DNA of 36,764 nt from Nemertoderma westbladi (GCA_032718475.1 JAUCBJ010001144.1:1-36764); one strand, 5' to 3'; positions 24,331 through 36,563 are shown, counted from the first letter of the stretch. The notes: generated by a model not told the origin, from the letters alone. Program-made: numbers and translations.

Positions 24331-25809
24331 TTAAATATAGAGAACCAAGCAAGTTGAATAAAAGGTAGACCGGTGTGACTCACACCAACAACAAGGAAAA
24401 CTAGCACCATGAGCCATAAGCCCAACAATGATATTTGCAAGCTTTAGATCACAGGCAATAAATGGAGATGGTGATAGCTTGGCAAATGTAGGCGATAGAT
24501 CAAGCTTAAGCCAAATCTTTAGAAGATTCGTGTAGCTTTCCTGTACGTCTGGGGCAGTAAATAGAATAATTATTCTTTTTACACCACTTTCCAACCGATT
24601 CTTTGCAGCAACTCCATCAGTATAACAATGTCGATGAGTTTTTTCAGTGTTGCTGGCAGAAATCGAAGAGTTTGGAATTGACACCAAACTTAAACACAAT
24701 TTCATGAAACCACCTCCACCATCAATGCCTATCTTCCACTGCAATGAGCGATCAAAGCTTTCCCGCTGTTGGATTATATACTGCACCAGATTCTCTGTAT
24801 TGGTGCAAAAAACTGCACTCCTTGGAGATGTCTCAAATTTATTACCATTTGCTTCCTTTGCTATAAAATTCATGACCTGAACATCGAAAAATTGGTCCAG
24901 TTGATGATTAGTTTTTCGCAAGTTTTCCCTTAAATGTGGCTCTATAACACATCTATTATCGGTAGATGTACGAATGTGAGTGGCTAGACGTATCAACTTG
25001 TTGGAACTCAGATTTAAATCAACCTGTATTTGAGACATATCCTCGGTAGTAAACAAGGTACGCTTAGCTGTCGAGCACTGACTAACTTCCTCTGTACCTT
25101 CTAGTCGACGTTTCGATCCAACTTCAATATGCAAAGGCCAACCACCGTTACTTTTACTCAAGTTTAATTGCGAAGTGGATGCAGAATTATCATCAGTTGC
25201 CTGGTTTATTAGATTCCTAGTAAGCTTTTCTTTGGTCGAGGGTGTTGCTGCAAGTTCAGCTAAATTAGCAACTCGAGTTGACCGGTTTCATGTATGACTC
25301 AAACCGGGTCCTACTGTTGAAAAGCAGAAACTGCACAACTTAATTGGTTTTGGTGCACTTCCAGCAATATCTGTGACAGGGATAGGCCCAATTTGTTGTT
25401 TAGATGGAGGGTGACCCCGTCGATCATGTGGAGAAGGGTCGGTTGGAAGCCTTTCCACTCCACCGAGGGCAGATATTCTCGCTGCCTTGCAAACAAGACA
25501 TAAACATTCTCCGCCGACGTTTGAAAAGTGCAATGCCCTTGTTATCGGCCTGTTAAGAAGTGAGTGGTCGAAAAGTTTTATTTTACGCATAAACTTTCCC
25601 TTGGAATAGTCCTGGAGCGCAGTACGACACGTTGAGCATATAGATGTCGGCAAACGATCATCGTTGGAACTGTAACCTTCCTTGATAACGAACAATCGTA
25701 TTAGTTCCTCGTGTTTTTCGTTAATCTTCCGCATTTCTTTCGTTTTACCGAAACATAAAGCACAAATTGCATTCCGGGCATCTTCATGGCTTCTAACCTG
25801 TTTAGGCAT
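24331..25809 (-). pseudogene. Chapaev-like (RAG1/Transib-related) DDE transposase, one in-frame stop, 3'-truncated
   Basis: H-x7-CxxC...D.LP..ICxxC...CxCxxC N-terminal finger; KIGIDGGGG; DLKLANIIVGL..HGASFPCCWC. The two track ORFs are in the same frame, separated only by TGA at 25288-25290. Confidence 0.7.
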
Positions 25810-25913
25810 TATATTCTACCAGTAAGAAACAAATTAAATTAATTTACAGTAATGAAGAGGTACCAGGAATAACGGTATATCACAGAACTTGTAATTCAGA
25901 ACATTGATTCAGT

Positions 25914-26068
25914 ATTCGATTTGAATTTCCCTCTCCATTCTACAAATTTGTAGAATGGAGAGGGAAATTCAAATCGAATTTAATCGACCATTCCATGCTG
26001 GAATTTTAGTCCTGTTACTTTGCAAAGTAACAGGACTAAAATTCCAGCATGGAATGGTCGATTAAATT
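25914..26068. repeat. Two abutting perfect palindromes (66 bp at 25914-25979; 92 bp at 25977-26068)
   Basis: No spacers; centres at 25946/25947 and 26022/26023; arms checked by eye. Confidence 0.95.
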
Positions 26069-26349
26069 AAATTATAAATTATATTATTAGATTATATTAT
26101 TATATTTTGATTTCATTTTTATGTCTATATATTCGCCTGTTTATGTTTGCGTAAATGTAGAATTTACCTAAATTCGGTAATATTACATAACTAATGTTAA
26201 AAGTAACTAATAATATTAAATTATTACGAACGGTCAGTGTAGAAAAGCTGAAAATACTTCCTGTGTACTAACTATGTATGGTAGCTGCTCCATATAGCTT
26301 ATTATGACCTGACATTTATAGTTAAAGAAATTTATAACAATAATTATTA

Positions 26350-26807
26350 TTAATTTTAGTTAATTAATTAAATAATTTATTAAATAAATGCTGAAGGGCT
26401 CCGTAAAATTTTTTCGTTTTTCTTTTTTAGAAATCAGCTCAGAAAACTGACACTAGAAATGGTCTCACTTTGTCTGGGCATTTTCAGTTAAATAAATTTA
26501 TAATATTAGTATTAATATTGGTTAATTAATTAAATATTCAGTAAATAAATCCTGAAGGGCTCCGTAAAATTTTTTAATTTTTCTTGTTTTGAAATCAGCT
26601 CAGAAAACTGACCCTAGAAATGGTCTCACTTTGTCTGGGCATTTTCAGTTAAATAAATTTATAATATTAGTATTAATATTGGTTAATTAATTAAATATTC
26701 AGTAAATAAATCCCGAAGAGCTCCATAAAATATTTTCGTTTTTCTTATTTTGAATTCAGCGCAGAAAACTGATCCTAGAAATGGTCTCCATTGCCTGGGC
26801 ATTTTCA
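26350..26807. repeat. 161-bp tandem repeat, about 2.8 copies (subterminal)
   Basis: CTGAAGGGCTCC-like anchor at 26391, 26552 and 26713. Confidence 0.9.
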
Positions 26808-26838
26808 AGTCCCAAGATTCGATTTCAGGCACACTGTG

Positions 26839-26937
26839 GAGCGTGACCCCGCGCCCGGGTAGATTTAATAAAGGCCCACTAAGAGTGAGCATGACCCTGC
26901 GCCCGGGTAGATTTAATAAAGGCCCACTAAGAGTGAG
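26839..26937. repeat. 48-bp tandem duplication
   Basis: GAGCRTGACCCYGCGCCCGGGTAGATTTAATAAAGGCCCACTAAGAGT, twice. Confidence 0.9.
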
Positions 26938-27019
26938 AAAACGGTTTTCACTACTACGAATTTGGATAATTGGTTCAATTTCCACGCAGATAAAAGATTC
27001 CGATGTAATGCATTAACCT

Positions 27020-27340
27020 TTGGTTATTGACTCTATCACTTGGATGGGGTCGATGCTTGCCCCATAGTCGCATCCCGGTGCTATTGCTGCAATCGCGCAC
27101 CGTCCGGTTCTCATCTCCAGGACCTCATCTTTGCTGGAGATGGTTGTTACCGCCATTCTACTCGGCCTCGTTCTCAATCCTATCTCTTCGGCCACCCAAT
27201 CCTCGATTAATGTGAAGGCAGCTCCACTATCAACCAGCATCAGTGTGGTTACTGATCGATTGCCTTCTCCAATCACTCGCACTGGTACTACACCAAGTAG
27301 CACGGTTCCTCTCTTCTTCGCCCCTACTGTGCTCGTTGCC
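27020..27340 (-). mobile_element. BEL/Pao LTR retrotransposon aspartic protease fragment
   Basis: VLLGVVPVRV...LMLVDSGAAFTLI...AEEIGL. Confidence 0.65.
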
Positions 27341-27341
27341 A

Positions 27342-27830
27342 TCGTTTGGTCGACGCCGAGACGTTGACCTCGATCCCGTGCGGGTGGACTACGGGCCACG
27401 CCCCCCACCTCGGTTCTGTCACCGCCTCGGACGACGAGTTCGCTCGGCTCCTCGCCGAGTTCCCCGATATTACGATCCCTCGGTTCTCTGACCCCACCGC
27501 GAAACACGGGGTCGAACATTACATCCCCACCGAGGGACCCCCGGTCTACTCCCGGACTCCGTGTGCCAGGGACTCGACTTCCTCTTCGTCTACCTAGACG
27601 ACGTCCTCGTCGCGAGTCGGTCCCCCAAGGAACACCGTGACCACCTCCGTCAGCTCTTCACGCGCCTCCAAGAACACGGCCTCGTGATCAACCTCGCCAA
27701 GTGCGAGTTCGGTCGGTCGACCATCGACTTCCTCGGCCACCGAATCTCGGCCCACGGCGCCGTCCCACTCCCCGACAAGGTCGCCGCCATCCGGGAGTTC
27801 ACCCAGCCGACCACCGTCAAGGGCCTGCAG
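27342..27830 (+). mobile_element. Ty3/Gypsy pol fragment (PR-RT linker and RT), internally deleted
   Basis: LLAEFPDI...KHGVEHYIPTEGPPV joined near 27555 to FVYLDDVLVAS...EH..HL...N.AKCEF...FLGH. Confidence 0.9.
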
Positions 27831-28199
27831 GTCAAAAGTACTGTGCATCTTTCTGATTGGCTTACATGCATTATGCAATGTTGTATATCATAATAATGCT
27901 TCCATTGTATTTATATTAGCTCAAAATGTTATTATTGTTGTATAGTGACTGTGGCCGTTATAGTTATGTTACAGTAACTTTGCACCATTGGGATTTCAGA
28001 ATAATATTGTTATAGAGTTGAATCTCTTATTAATAGTATTATATTATTAATATCAACACATATTTTATATCAATGGTAGAACGCTACATATTTAACATTG
28101 TTACTAATAGTTTTTCAAATTTTACTGTATTCATTCGGTGGAGTACTCATCGCTGCTGAATAATTTGTCAGATAGAGGATGGTAACTACTGATTATTAA

Positions 28200-28715
28200 G
28201 GTAGATAAAAAAAAAAAAATTTTGGAAAAGTAACTTTTCCCTATGTTAGTAATGTGTGAAATTTCCCAAAACCACCAAAAAATGTGACTTTTCCAATTTT
28301 TGGCAATACAAGACAAGACCCCCGCACAATTAGTGCAAACAAACAACATTTTTAAAAAAACTATGTAGAATTAAAACATCTCGACAAATTTTTGTTTTTT
28401 GAAAAGTGACTTTTCCCTATGCAATAAAAGTGTGAAATGGCCTAAAAGTACAAAAAAACTATTATTTTCCAATTTTTGACAATGCAAGACCCCCGCACAA
28501 TTAGTGCAAAAAAAGAATATTTATTGCATAAACATGTCAAATTTAAACATTTCAACAAAAAATGTATTTTCGAAAAGTGGGTTTTCCTTGTATTAGAAAT
28601 GTGCGAAATTGCCTAAAAGTATAAAAAAAATCATTTTTGATAATGTGAGAAGACTCCCCCTCCCCCCTCCTCCCCGAACAATGAGTGCAAACAAAAAATA
28701 TTTTTTGCGAAACTA
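28200..28715. repeat. Degenerate 165-171-bp tandem repeat, about 3 copies
   Basis: CAAGACCCCCGCACAATTAGTGCAAA at 28314 and 28485; diverged copy at about 28650. Confidence 0.75.
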
Positions 28716-28835
28716 CTCTTTGTTGTGATATAATTATTCACTGTTACTAGCAGTTCCTTTACCAACTGAAACAAACCATTTCATTTAACTATATCTGGAG
28801 GGAAATTTAAATTAGTTTTTTAACTTCCATATCAG

Positions 28836-29395
28836 CCACACAGATACTGGAGAGGAACCAGGAGTTGAACTTGAACAGATCGATATCAGTAGTTCCGATA
28901 AGGAAGATACCTCAGACGATGGAGACTTTCAATCTCAGATATCAAACTATCATCTCGGACAGACTCAAGCTTCTGGCTCTAAAGACTGTATGACTTCAAC
29001 TTCTAGTGTTTCCCTTTCTACTGTAAGTAAACTAGCAGATCGATATGAAGTGAGCGACGTTGCGACAGCAGCAATGGTCTCTGGAACTTTGCATGATATC
29101 GGCTACAAGGTTATAGTTGACAGAAATAAGATTCGTCGAGAACGTGAGAAAAGTCGGGATCAGTTTAAGAACCATACAAGTTCACCGATTGCTTTGTTCT
29201 TCGATGGCAGGAAGGACAATACCTTGGTAGCTCCCAGTGTAACTTCAAAAGAAGAACATATTGTTTTAGTTGAGGAACCAGGATCGGAATTTCTTGGCCA
29301 TACTACCCCCAATTCCGGAAATGCTGCTGATATAGTATCTTCAATTATTTCTTATTCGAATTCAAATGGCATTTCATTGGATCAGCTAAAATTAG
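28836..29395 (+). mobile_element. hATm-like transposase segment
   Basis: ADRYEVSD, VDRNKIRRER, LFFDGRKDNT, EEHIVLVEEPGSEFLGH...GNA. Confidence 0.78.
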
Positions 29396-29889
29396 GTGAG
29401 TCATTCGAAATCCTTTTTTTGCTACATTATTAGAAGACCGTTTGGGCTTATTTTGCTGCCAAAAAACGTCTGTTTGTGTGTGTTGTTTGTTTGTTTGTCT
29501 GTATGTGCACATGATATGCACATTAAAATTAACTCATAAAGTTACTAGAGAACCAGTAGCTTAGTTGTTAGAGGACCCGAATTAATATTAAATTTTAATT
29601 TTAAAATCAAAAATAACTTTGAACATAGATTGTAGGGCTTTATACACACACAAATCAAACATAGATTAAATATGTAATCATTTGTTTCAAAAATATCAAT
29701 ATTTATTTAGTTTCAACACCGTCAATAGAATCAAAATATTTATATTAAAATTTATGTAACATTACAGAACATAGTTTTTCTAATGTTTTTCATAGTGTTA
29801 TTGATTGTTTGAGAATCAAGATGTTCAGAATAAATTTAAATTACATTATTTCAACGTTACAAATTGGTTGGTAACATTATTTCAATTAA

Positions 29890-30830
29890 AAGTTAATAAA
29901 AAGACCAACACTAGAAGCAGCCTGTTCTAATGAGCTGAGGAGTCGATGAGCTCCCTTTAGTAATTCTGAGTCATCCTAAGTCATCAGAAAAGTCTAGATC
30001 AGTTAGGTACTTGGCAGGATTTCCTTGACTTCTGGAGCCAGAAGATGGAATTATCATCACCCCCATCATCATTTTGATGATCAAGTGACATGCTTATAGT
30101 CAACCATAATTATGAACCTGAATGGCGCAAGTGTGGCTCCCTGGAGGACGCCCCATAACACTTAAGAGGTTATGTGTCACCGTCAGCAGTAGACACAAAT
30201 GTTGTCGAACCATCGTATACTGATCTGATTGCTGCAATAATTCCGAATCGAATTCCGAATCAGGAATCCCATATAATGAAAGTATGCTGAAGATACGTGA
30301 GCGAGAGACTGAATAAAAGGCCTTGAATAAGTCAACAAAGATAACAGCCAGATGCCTGTCTTTCTTTTTTGATAACTCTTCAATTATCCTTCTAAGTGCC
30401 AAAATGGGCTCCATGGTCCCACGACCTTTACGGAACCCATTCTGATTTCCACGGAGCAGTCTCTCAATGGGATCCCTGATGCGATTTAATAAAATTATAT
30501 TGTATAGCTTTGCAGCAATCGAGATCAATGAGATTCCCTGAAAAGAACCATAGAGTGTTAGTTTGCCCTGCTTGGGGACTGGCACCAACTTATTTATTTT
30601 CATTTCTTGTGGGACTCTTGTTGTTCTGTACATGTCTACTATGATGGGATAGATAAGCTTTATTATAACACTCAGGTATTTTAAAGACCTCAGGGGGAAC
30701 AACATCTACTACACTGGCACGATTCCTCTTAATGCTCTTTGCAGCAGCCTTCACTTCTGCAAAGGAGATATCGCCAATGGGAATATCTGGGAGTACAGAC
30801 TCAGAACACTTTTACTTCTTTAAAGTTATC
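29890..30830 (-). mobile_element. Degenerate RTE-clade RT (family B)
   Basis: VPVPKQG...GISL.SIAAKLYN...QNGFRKGR...FVD..KAF.SV...DLDFSDD; frameshifted. Confidence 0.88.
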
Positions 30831-31189
30831 GGGCAATACCCTGTCATTGAATTAAATACACTGCATTCCGGGACATGGCTTATTGGTTTTATGTATTTAT
30901 TTACAGAGGATTAAGGATTTAGAATAATATATAATTATGAAAATAAATTAATTAATGGTTGTGATTATGTGCCATATTATTGAATGCTTTTAAGAAATAT
31001 TTAAACTTTATATGAATTGAATAGGCCTAATGTTAGCACTTTATGCTTTCTGTTGGCCGGTATTATTCATTTCAGAAACTCATAATCACCTCTTGTGATC
31101 TCGGCTTGATTAATAATCAATTTATTTCAATTTTAGTTATAAAACGCTAACATCTGGTCTGGCTTGCTATGCAATAATTATACAATAAA

Positions 31190-31843
31190 ATTAGCTAATG
31201 AGATTGCTGATGAGGTCATCCCGTACACCAGATCCGATCTTGACGATACTCTTATCAAGTACAACGTCTCGCACGGCCTTTGGCAACATCCTAGCATCTT
31301 TCTATCGCTCCTCTGTCTGCTGAAGACATGTAACACTCCATCGGGTGCTCGAATTTGTATGAAACAGAATGGCCCCATAAAGGTGACAATGATTGAGTCA
31401 ATGATGAAATTATTAACGATATGGATTTTGCATGGGCAAAGTCAGTATACACCTGCTGAGTGTATCACGTATGACAATGTATTCCTAAAACCCAGCGGAC
31501 AAGTTATTATGACAAATGCAGGTATTATGCAACGAATCTGGAAGTTTGTAATGCCTGAATCGGAAAGCAAGGCGGTCTCAACAAGTACTGTATACGCCAT
31601 CTACGAGGTTTCCTAAATCAGAGATTTCCGGGTGAACTGGATGACATAACTAATGTTTCTGCCCATATGGGACATTCAAATGAAACACAGCGTCGGATAT
31701 ATGATGCGACCCAAAGTAACAAACAGGCTGTAGAGGCCTATGAGAGGATACTCAAGGCTGCTCAGTACCAACTGGCTGGTTCATATCAGTTGAGTGATTC
31801 TGAAGGTTCACCCATTAATTTTGCTTATAAGGTTCACCCATAA
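31190..31843 (+). pseudogene. Tyrosine recombinase catalytic domain, frameshifted
   Basis: DTLI...WQHPS (first Arg decayed), K..GPIKV, VFLKPSG...IW, STST/IRH across one frameshift near 31590, VSAHMGHSNETQRRIY (His 31673, Tyr 31700). Confidence 0.65.
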
Positions 31844-32049
31844 TTGAATTTTGCAGAATTTGACATTGCTGACCATAGTGACATACCCATAACAATAATT
31901 GGAGAGCGAGAGGCAGGCCCATCGATAACTGATGAAGGGGAAGGGGATACGTTTCATAAATTAGATCAGAAACTACAGATTTTATCAGACACGGTATCAA
32001 GTCACTAAAAATAAAGCTTTCAGCCCCTAATACGTATAATAGGTAATTT

Positions 32050-33063
32050 GACACTTAGAAGGATAATTGAAGAGTTATCAAAAAAGAAATATAGGCATCT
32101 GGCTGTTATCTTTGTTGACTTCTTCAAGGTCTTTGATTCAGTCTCTCGCTCACGTATGTTCAGCATACATTCATTATATGGGATTCCTGATGAAATTATT
32201 GCAGCAATCAGAACGGTATACGATGGTTCGACAACATTTGTGTCTACTGTTGACGGTGACACAGAACCATTTGAAGTGTTATGGGGCGTCCCCCAGGGAG
32301 ACACACTCGCACCATTCTTGTTCACGGCTCCTCAGCTCATTAGAACATGCTGCTTCTAGTGTTGGTCTTTTTATTAACTCCAGAAAGACCAAAATTTTGA
32401 CAGTTAACTTTGAAAGTCCTCAGCAAGTCACTGATCGGATGAGCTTTTATAAGCTCAAAAGATTGTATGTTTGAGCATGTGGATGACTTCTGTTACCTGG
32501 GATCATGGATCCAGAAGTCAGGTGAAGACCTTCGAATATGTAAGGGAAAGGCATGGGCAGCCTTGAATAGGCTTTCCAGGATTTGGAAGTCACCGAGAAT
32601 TAATCGGAAGCAGCAGTTCGCAGAATTTTTACAGTATTTTGCAGTTAGAGCAGCAGTAGTTCCAGTACTCCTCTATGGGAGTCCATGCTGGACTCTAACA
32701 GCTGAGGACACCAAATCTCTGGATGGCACATTCACAAGCAATGGACAATGCAATGTACAATGCACACATCTCCAACCAGACCTCGTCCATCTCCACGTCT
32801 CATTGGTTCCCCCAAGCTTGACACTAGAACAAAATTGCCTCCGCTTTGCAGGACATTGCTTTCGCCGTGAGGACCAGCCAGTGCATAATCTTGTGCTTTG
32901 GCAGCGTCATGGAGTAAATAAGCATGGTGGACAGCCCATGACTTTCTTGAGACGCATCTTAAAGGACACTGGCCTTGAAGATGCGGATGATCTAGCAAAT
33001 GTCATGGGTGATAGGGAGTTGTGGCGGTGCAATTTTGTCGATAAGCTGGCACAGCATTCTTAA
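32050..33063 (+). mobile_element. Degenerate RTE-clade RT and C-terminus (family B)
   Basis: Similar to 30100-30400 in inverted orientation; GVPQGDTLAPFLF, YLGSWI, LLYGSPCWTL, LRFAGHCFR. Confidence 0.88.
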
Positions 33064-33201
33064 AAATGCAGCTGCAATGCAGCAGGCCGATCCTAGTAGT
33101 GATGTTCAACCTCTCAGAGTGGTGCATCAATGGCGTTGCAAACAAATGCAGCAGCCAGGTTCCATGCTGAAGCTGCAAAGCAAAACATGGACTAGGTTTG
33201 G

Positions 33202-33500
33202 GTATGTGGGGATGGAAACAGTATTTTTGATGCATTCTGTACTTCATCTCAAGGAATCACTGATTCCCCTCTGATGATCAGAAAGAAAATGCGGGACTTT
33301 CTCCTGGAGCATTATGGGAATTTTACAATAAGTATGCTCCTGGGCCATATGAACTGCCTTTTGCGGAATTTGTCGCACAACTAACAAACCAATCTCGTGA
33401 CGTTGTATTTGGTAACTCCATTGTCCTTGAAGCCCTCAGTAGAATTTACTCATGTTTATTCGTGGTATTAACTACTGAGTTTGGCAACCATATGGAACAT
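33202..33500 (+). pseudogene. OTU-like cysteine protease domain, frameshifted
   Basis: VCGDGNSIFDAF...IRKKMRDFLLEHY / FY...FAEFVAQL...FGNSIVLEALSRIY..LFVV; canonical GDGNC reads GDGNS. Absent from the ORF track. Confidence 0.62.
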
Positions 33501-34329
33501 GATTGGGGTGCTAATAATATCATCTGATGCAAAGAAATCGGTCTGGTCAGGTATTCTAGGTCATTGATCAAGACAACTTGAAAATATTTCCAAAAAATGT
33601 CAGAGTATTACACCAGACCAAGCACCAAGGTGGTGGAGATATATTTGTTCACAATTCAGTCATTAATATATCAATTATTGGTGCGAGGGGAGAGAGTAGA
33701 GTTTGTCTGAAAAGTGGACAGTCAAGGAAAAAGTAAAGCGACAAAAGTGACTGGCCCAGTCGGGAAATACATTTGTGGTTGGACATGGATGCACATGGAT
33801 GGTGATGTGGAACATCAAGGAGGTGGCCCCTCATTTGGGACAATTATTGTTTTGCGCTGCAATAGTGTCAACATATACCACAACCGGAGACACGCACCCC
33901 AAAACGCAACAAATGTGATATGAGAAAGTATGGTATGAGAAAAGCATGAAAGGGCTGGCAGGCCAGGGAGTTAATCAAACAGGTGTGTGAAACGGGAGGG
34001 AGTGTGGTACGGTGGTGGAACATTTAACCACGCTACCCATTATGCGTTACAACTTTTGTTTTGCTGTGGAATATTTAACCATGCTACCATTTTTTTTTAC
34101 AACTTTGGATTTACTCAATTGATGAATTTTTTTAATTTTTTAGTTTTACAAAAAATTGATCTATTTTTCTATTTCTAGTCTATAAAAAATAACTTCTGCA
34201 ATGGAGGTGGACATGGAATATGGTCTACTAGTATGTGTAGCTAAAGAGGGGGAGAAAGTTATTGAATACTCATAGATTCATATATCTGTTGAACCCCTTC
34301 AACATCATCAATTTGTACTTCTGTCCACT

Positions 34330-34475
34330 CTTGGTTGTCCACTCCAAAAAGCTGTGACAATAAAACACAAGAAACAACGAGGCAGGATGGAGTATGTCAG
34401 TGATGGGACTGTTGTGGTCGTTGTCTGGAAGGACAATAAGCCAGTTGATGCCGCATCTAACTATATTGGTGTTAG
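34330..34475 (+). mobile_element. piggyBac transposase scrap
   Basis: RG.MEY..DG.VVVVVWKDNKPVDAASN (W.D.K.V motif). Confidence 0.65.
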
Positions 34476-35049
34476 TAAGTTGTCCCAAAGAAACGCTATT
34501 CGAACTCACTCACACTCACTCAAACTGTTCGAACTCATATAAAAATTGATTGTCCACAAATAATAAAGTAAAATTAAATTTAATATTACATTTATGTGTA
34601 CTGCGAATTAATTTTTTGTCCACTGTTTTTATTTAGTCTAACTCAAACTGTAGTTACTAAGTGTAGTAAAGTGTAGTTACTCAAACTGTAACCAATGTGG
34701 AGTCAGGAATTAGTGGAATTACTATAATTGGAGGAATACACCAGCGGCTGGAATGTGGAATGTGTACGTATTGCTACTACATATTTCCCTGATAAGGGGG
34801 CAACATCGTCCTTGGCGTCTGCCACATGTCCGACAATAACAAAAACGATCAGTGACACAAATATCATTCAGTAAGTCTGTAAGGTACCCAATAAACTAAA
34901 GAGTTTAGTTGGATAATGATGTATCATGATCCTACTATAGTATTAACTGTATTGTTAAACTGTATTGTTACTAATTATAATTGTAGATTACCCTAAACTT
35001 CACCTGCGAGAGAGTAGTATGCCAGGGCATGTATGGTCCTTACCATTAG

Positions 35050-35218
35050 GCAGCCTCATGGAGTGAATAAGCATGGTGGACAGCCCATGACTTTCTTGAG
35101 ACGCATCTTAAAGGACACTGGCCTTGAAGATGCGGATGATCTAGCAAATGTCATGGGTGATAGGGAGTTGTGGCGGTGCAAGGCACAGCATTCTTAAAAA
35201 TGCAGCTGCAATGCAGCA
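35050..35218 (+). mobile_element. Third copy of the RTE family B 3' end
   Basis: Near-identical to about 32900-33084, with a short internal deletion. Confidence 0.85.
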
Positions 35219-36539
35219 TACTGTAACAGGTATGTGCTGGTGCTGGAGTATGCGTGTCATGACTAGCCCATACTATAATACCTCACACCCTCAAGACATA
35301 CTGGCTGACTGGTATGGTAGGCTTACACCGGTATGCCAAGGTAACCCAATTATATACCACCTACTAGTCTGACTTACTTAATCTTACTCCTACAATTGAC
35401 ATATCTGTTGATATTTCAAGTAGACCTCCGATCACTGTTAATGTTTGTAATTCTATGAATCCAAATCCAGCAACTCCAAAACCATCAACAAGTGCCTCCA
35501 GGGAAATATCACGAGTCTCATTTGAAGAATTGCTTCTTTCGAAGCTGCACCAATAATATAATAACTAAACAGAAGCGGAAAAAAATCCATAAGTATGCTC
35601 GAATAATTACGAGGGAGCTAGTGGACAGGACGTCAGATATGAATTCTAGCTACGAGTCTGATGATGAAATACAAATTTTAAATACAAAGATTTGGAACTG
35701 GATTGCTAAGAATAATAATCAGCCCACCAGCAAAAAGACAAATTAGGCCCATTAAGAAAACCAACAAATGAATTTGTTCAAAAAAAACCTGAATCAAAGA
35801 GAGGCAAAAGGAATGATTATAAAAGTAGTGATACAATGGGTGGTATGGATTATTGTAGTGATACCTGGTGGTAGTTAATGATGATAGTGGTGATGATGAA
35901 AGTGGGATTGATATAAACATGTTGCAACAGGATTCTTGGTTGCGACAGTTGTGGGAGATGGTACCATAAGTATACACTAGTTCCATTTAAAAATTACGGA
36001 AATAGATCCATTCCGAAGAATGTCAAATTCTACTGTAAATGTTGTCCTTCACAATCTGAATTGATAGAGATACCGTGGACCGACTGTTAGAGTTATCAGT
36101 GTTGGAGCGGGGAATGGCTGTACAAAAGAAGTTAGAAGTGTAGAACTCATTTAGTGGTGTTTTTTATGGTTAATTTGATAAATTTTTGTGTAAATATGGG
36201 ATGTTACTAAAATAGGCACACATTCAAACACAGTCAAACACAAGCACATGGAGGCACACAGGCCCACACACACAACAAAAGATTTATTTAAGCCTCAAAC
36301 ACAGTCGCGAAATTAATTATATCGCTCAGTTACATCATTTGAACATAAATTTAGGAAAAATTAGCTTTGCTATGTTGTTTAATTAAGTCTAATTGAATTT
36401 ACATTGATACAGTACTATTACTGCAGTCGTATGGCAGTCAGGCAGTACTGTGGTAAGGCTGTCAGGTGTAGGTCTAGTACCATGCAGCCATAGGCCTAAA
36501 TTATACAATACTGGAATTTCTGAATACACAAGTGATCAG

Positions 36540-36563
36540 CAGGGGGCGGTTCTACGATTTTGC

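Larger units (their letters stand above)
24331..26838 (-). mobile_element. Left arm of a Chapaev-like DNA transposon
   Basis: Minus strand begins CACAGTG at 26838, followed by subterminal repeats and the transposase. No matching right end found. Confidence 0.55.

Noticed and set aside
24331-25809. Sola2 assignment, or TGA recoded as Cys
   Set aside because: Motifs and the CAC terminus fit Chapaev/RAG-like proteins better; a single TGA in a truncated copy is most simply a nonsense mutation.
31164-31616. Protein kinase-like reading (DNVFLKPSGQV)
   Set aside because: No HRD/DFG/APE motifs; the downstream IRH and MGHS...Y motifs fit a tyrosine recombinase better.
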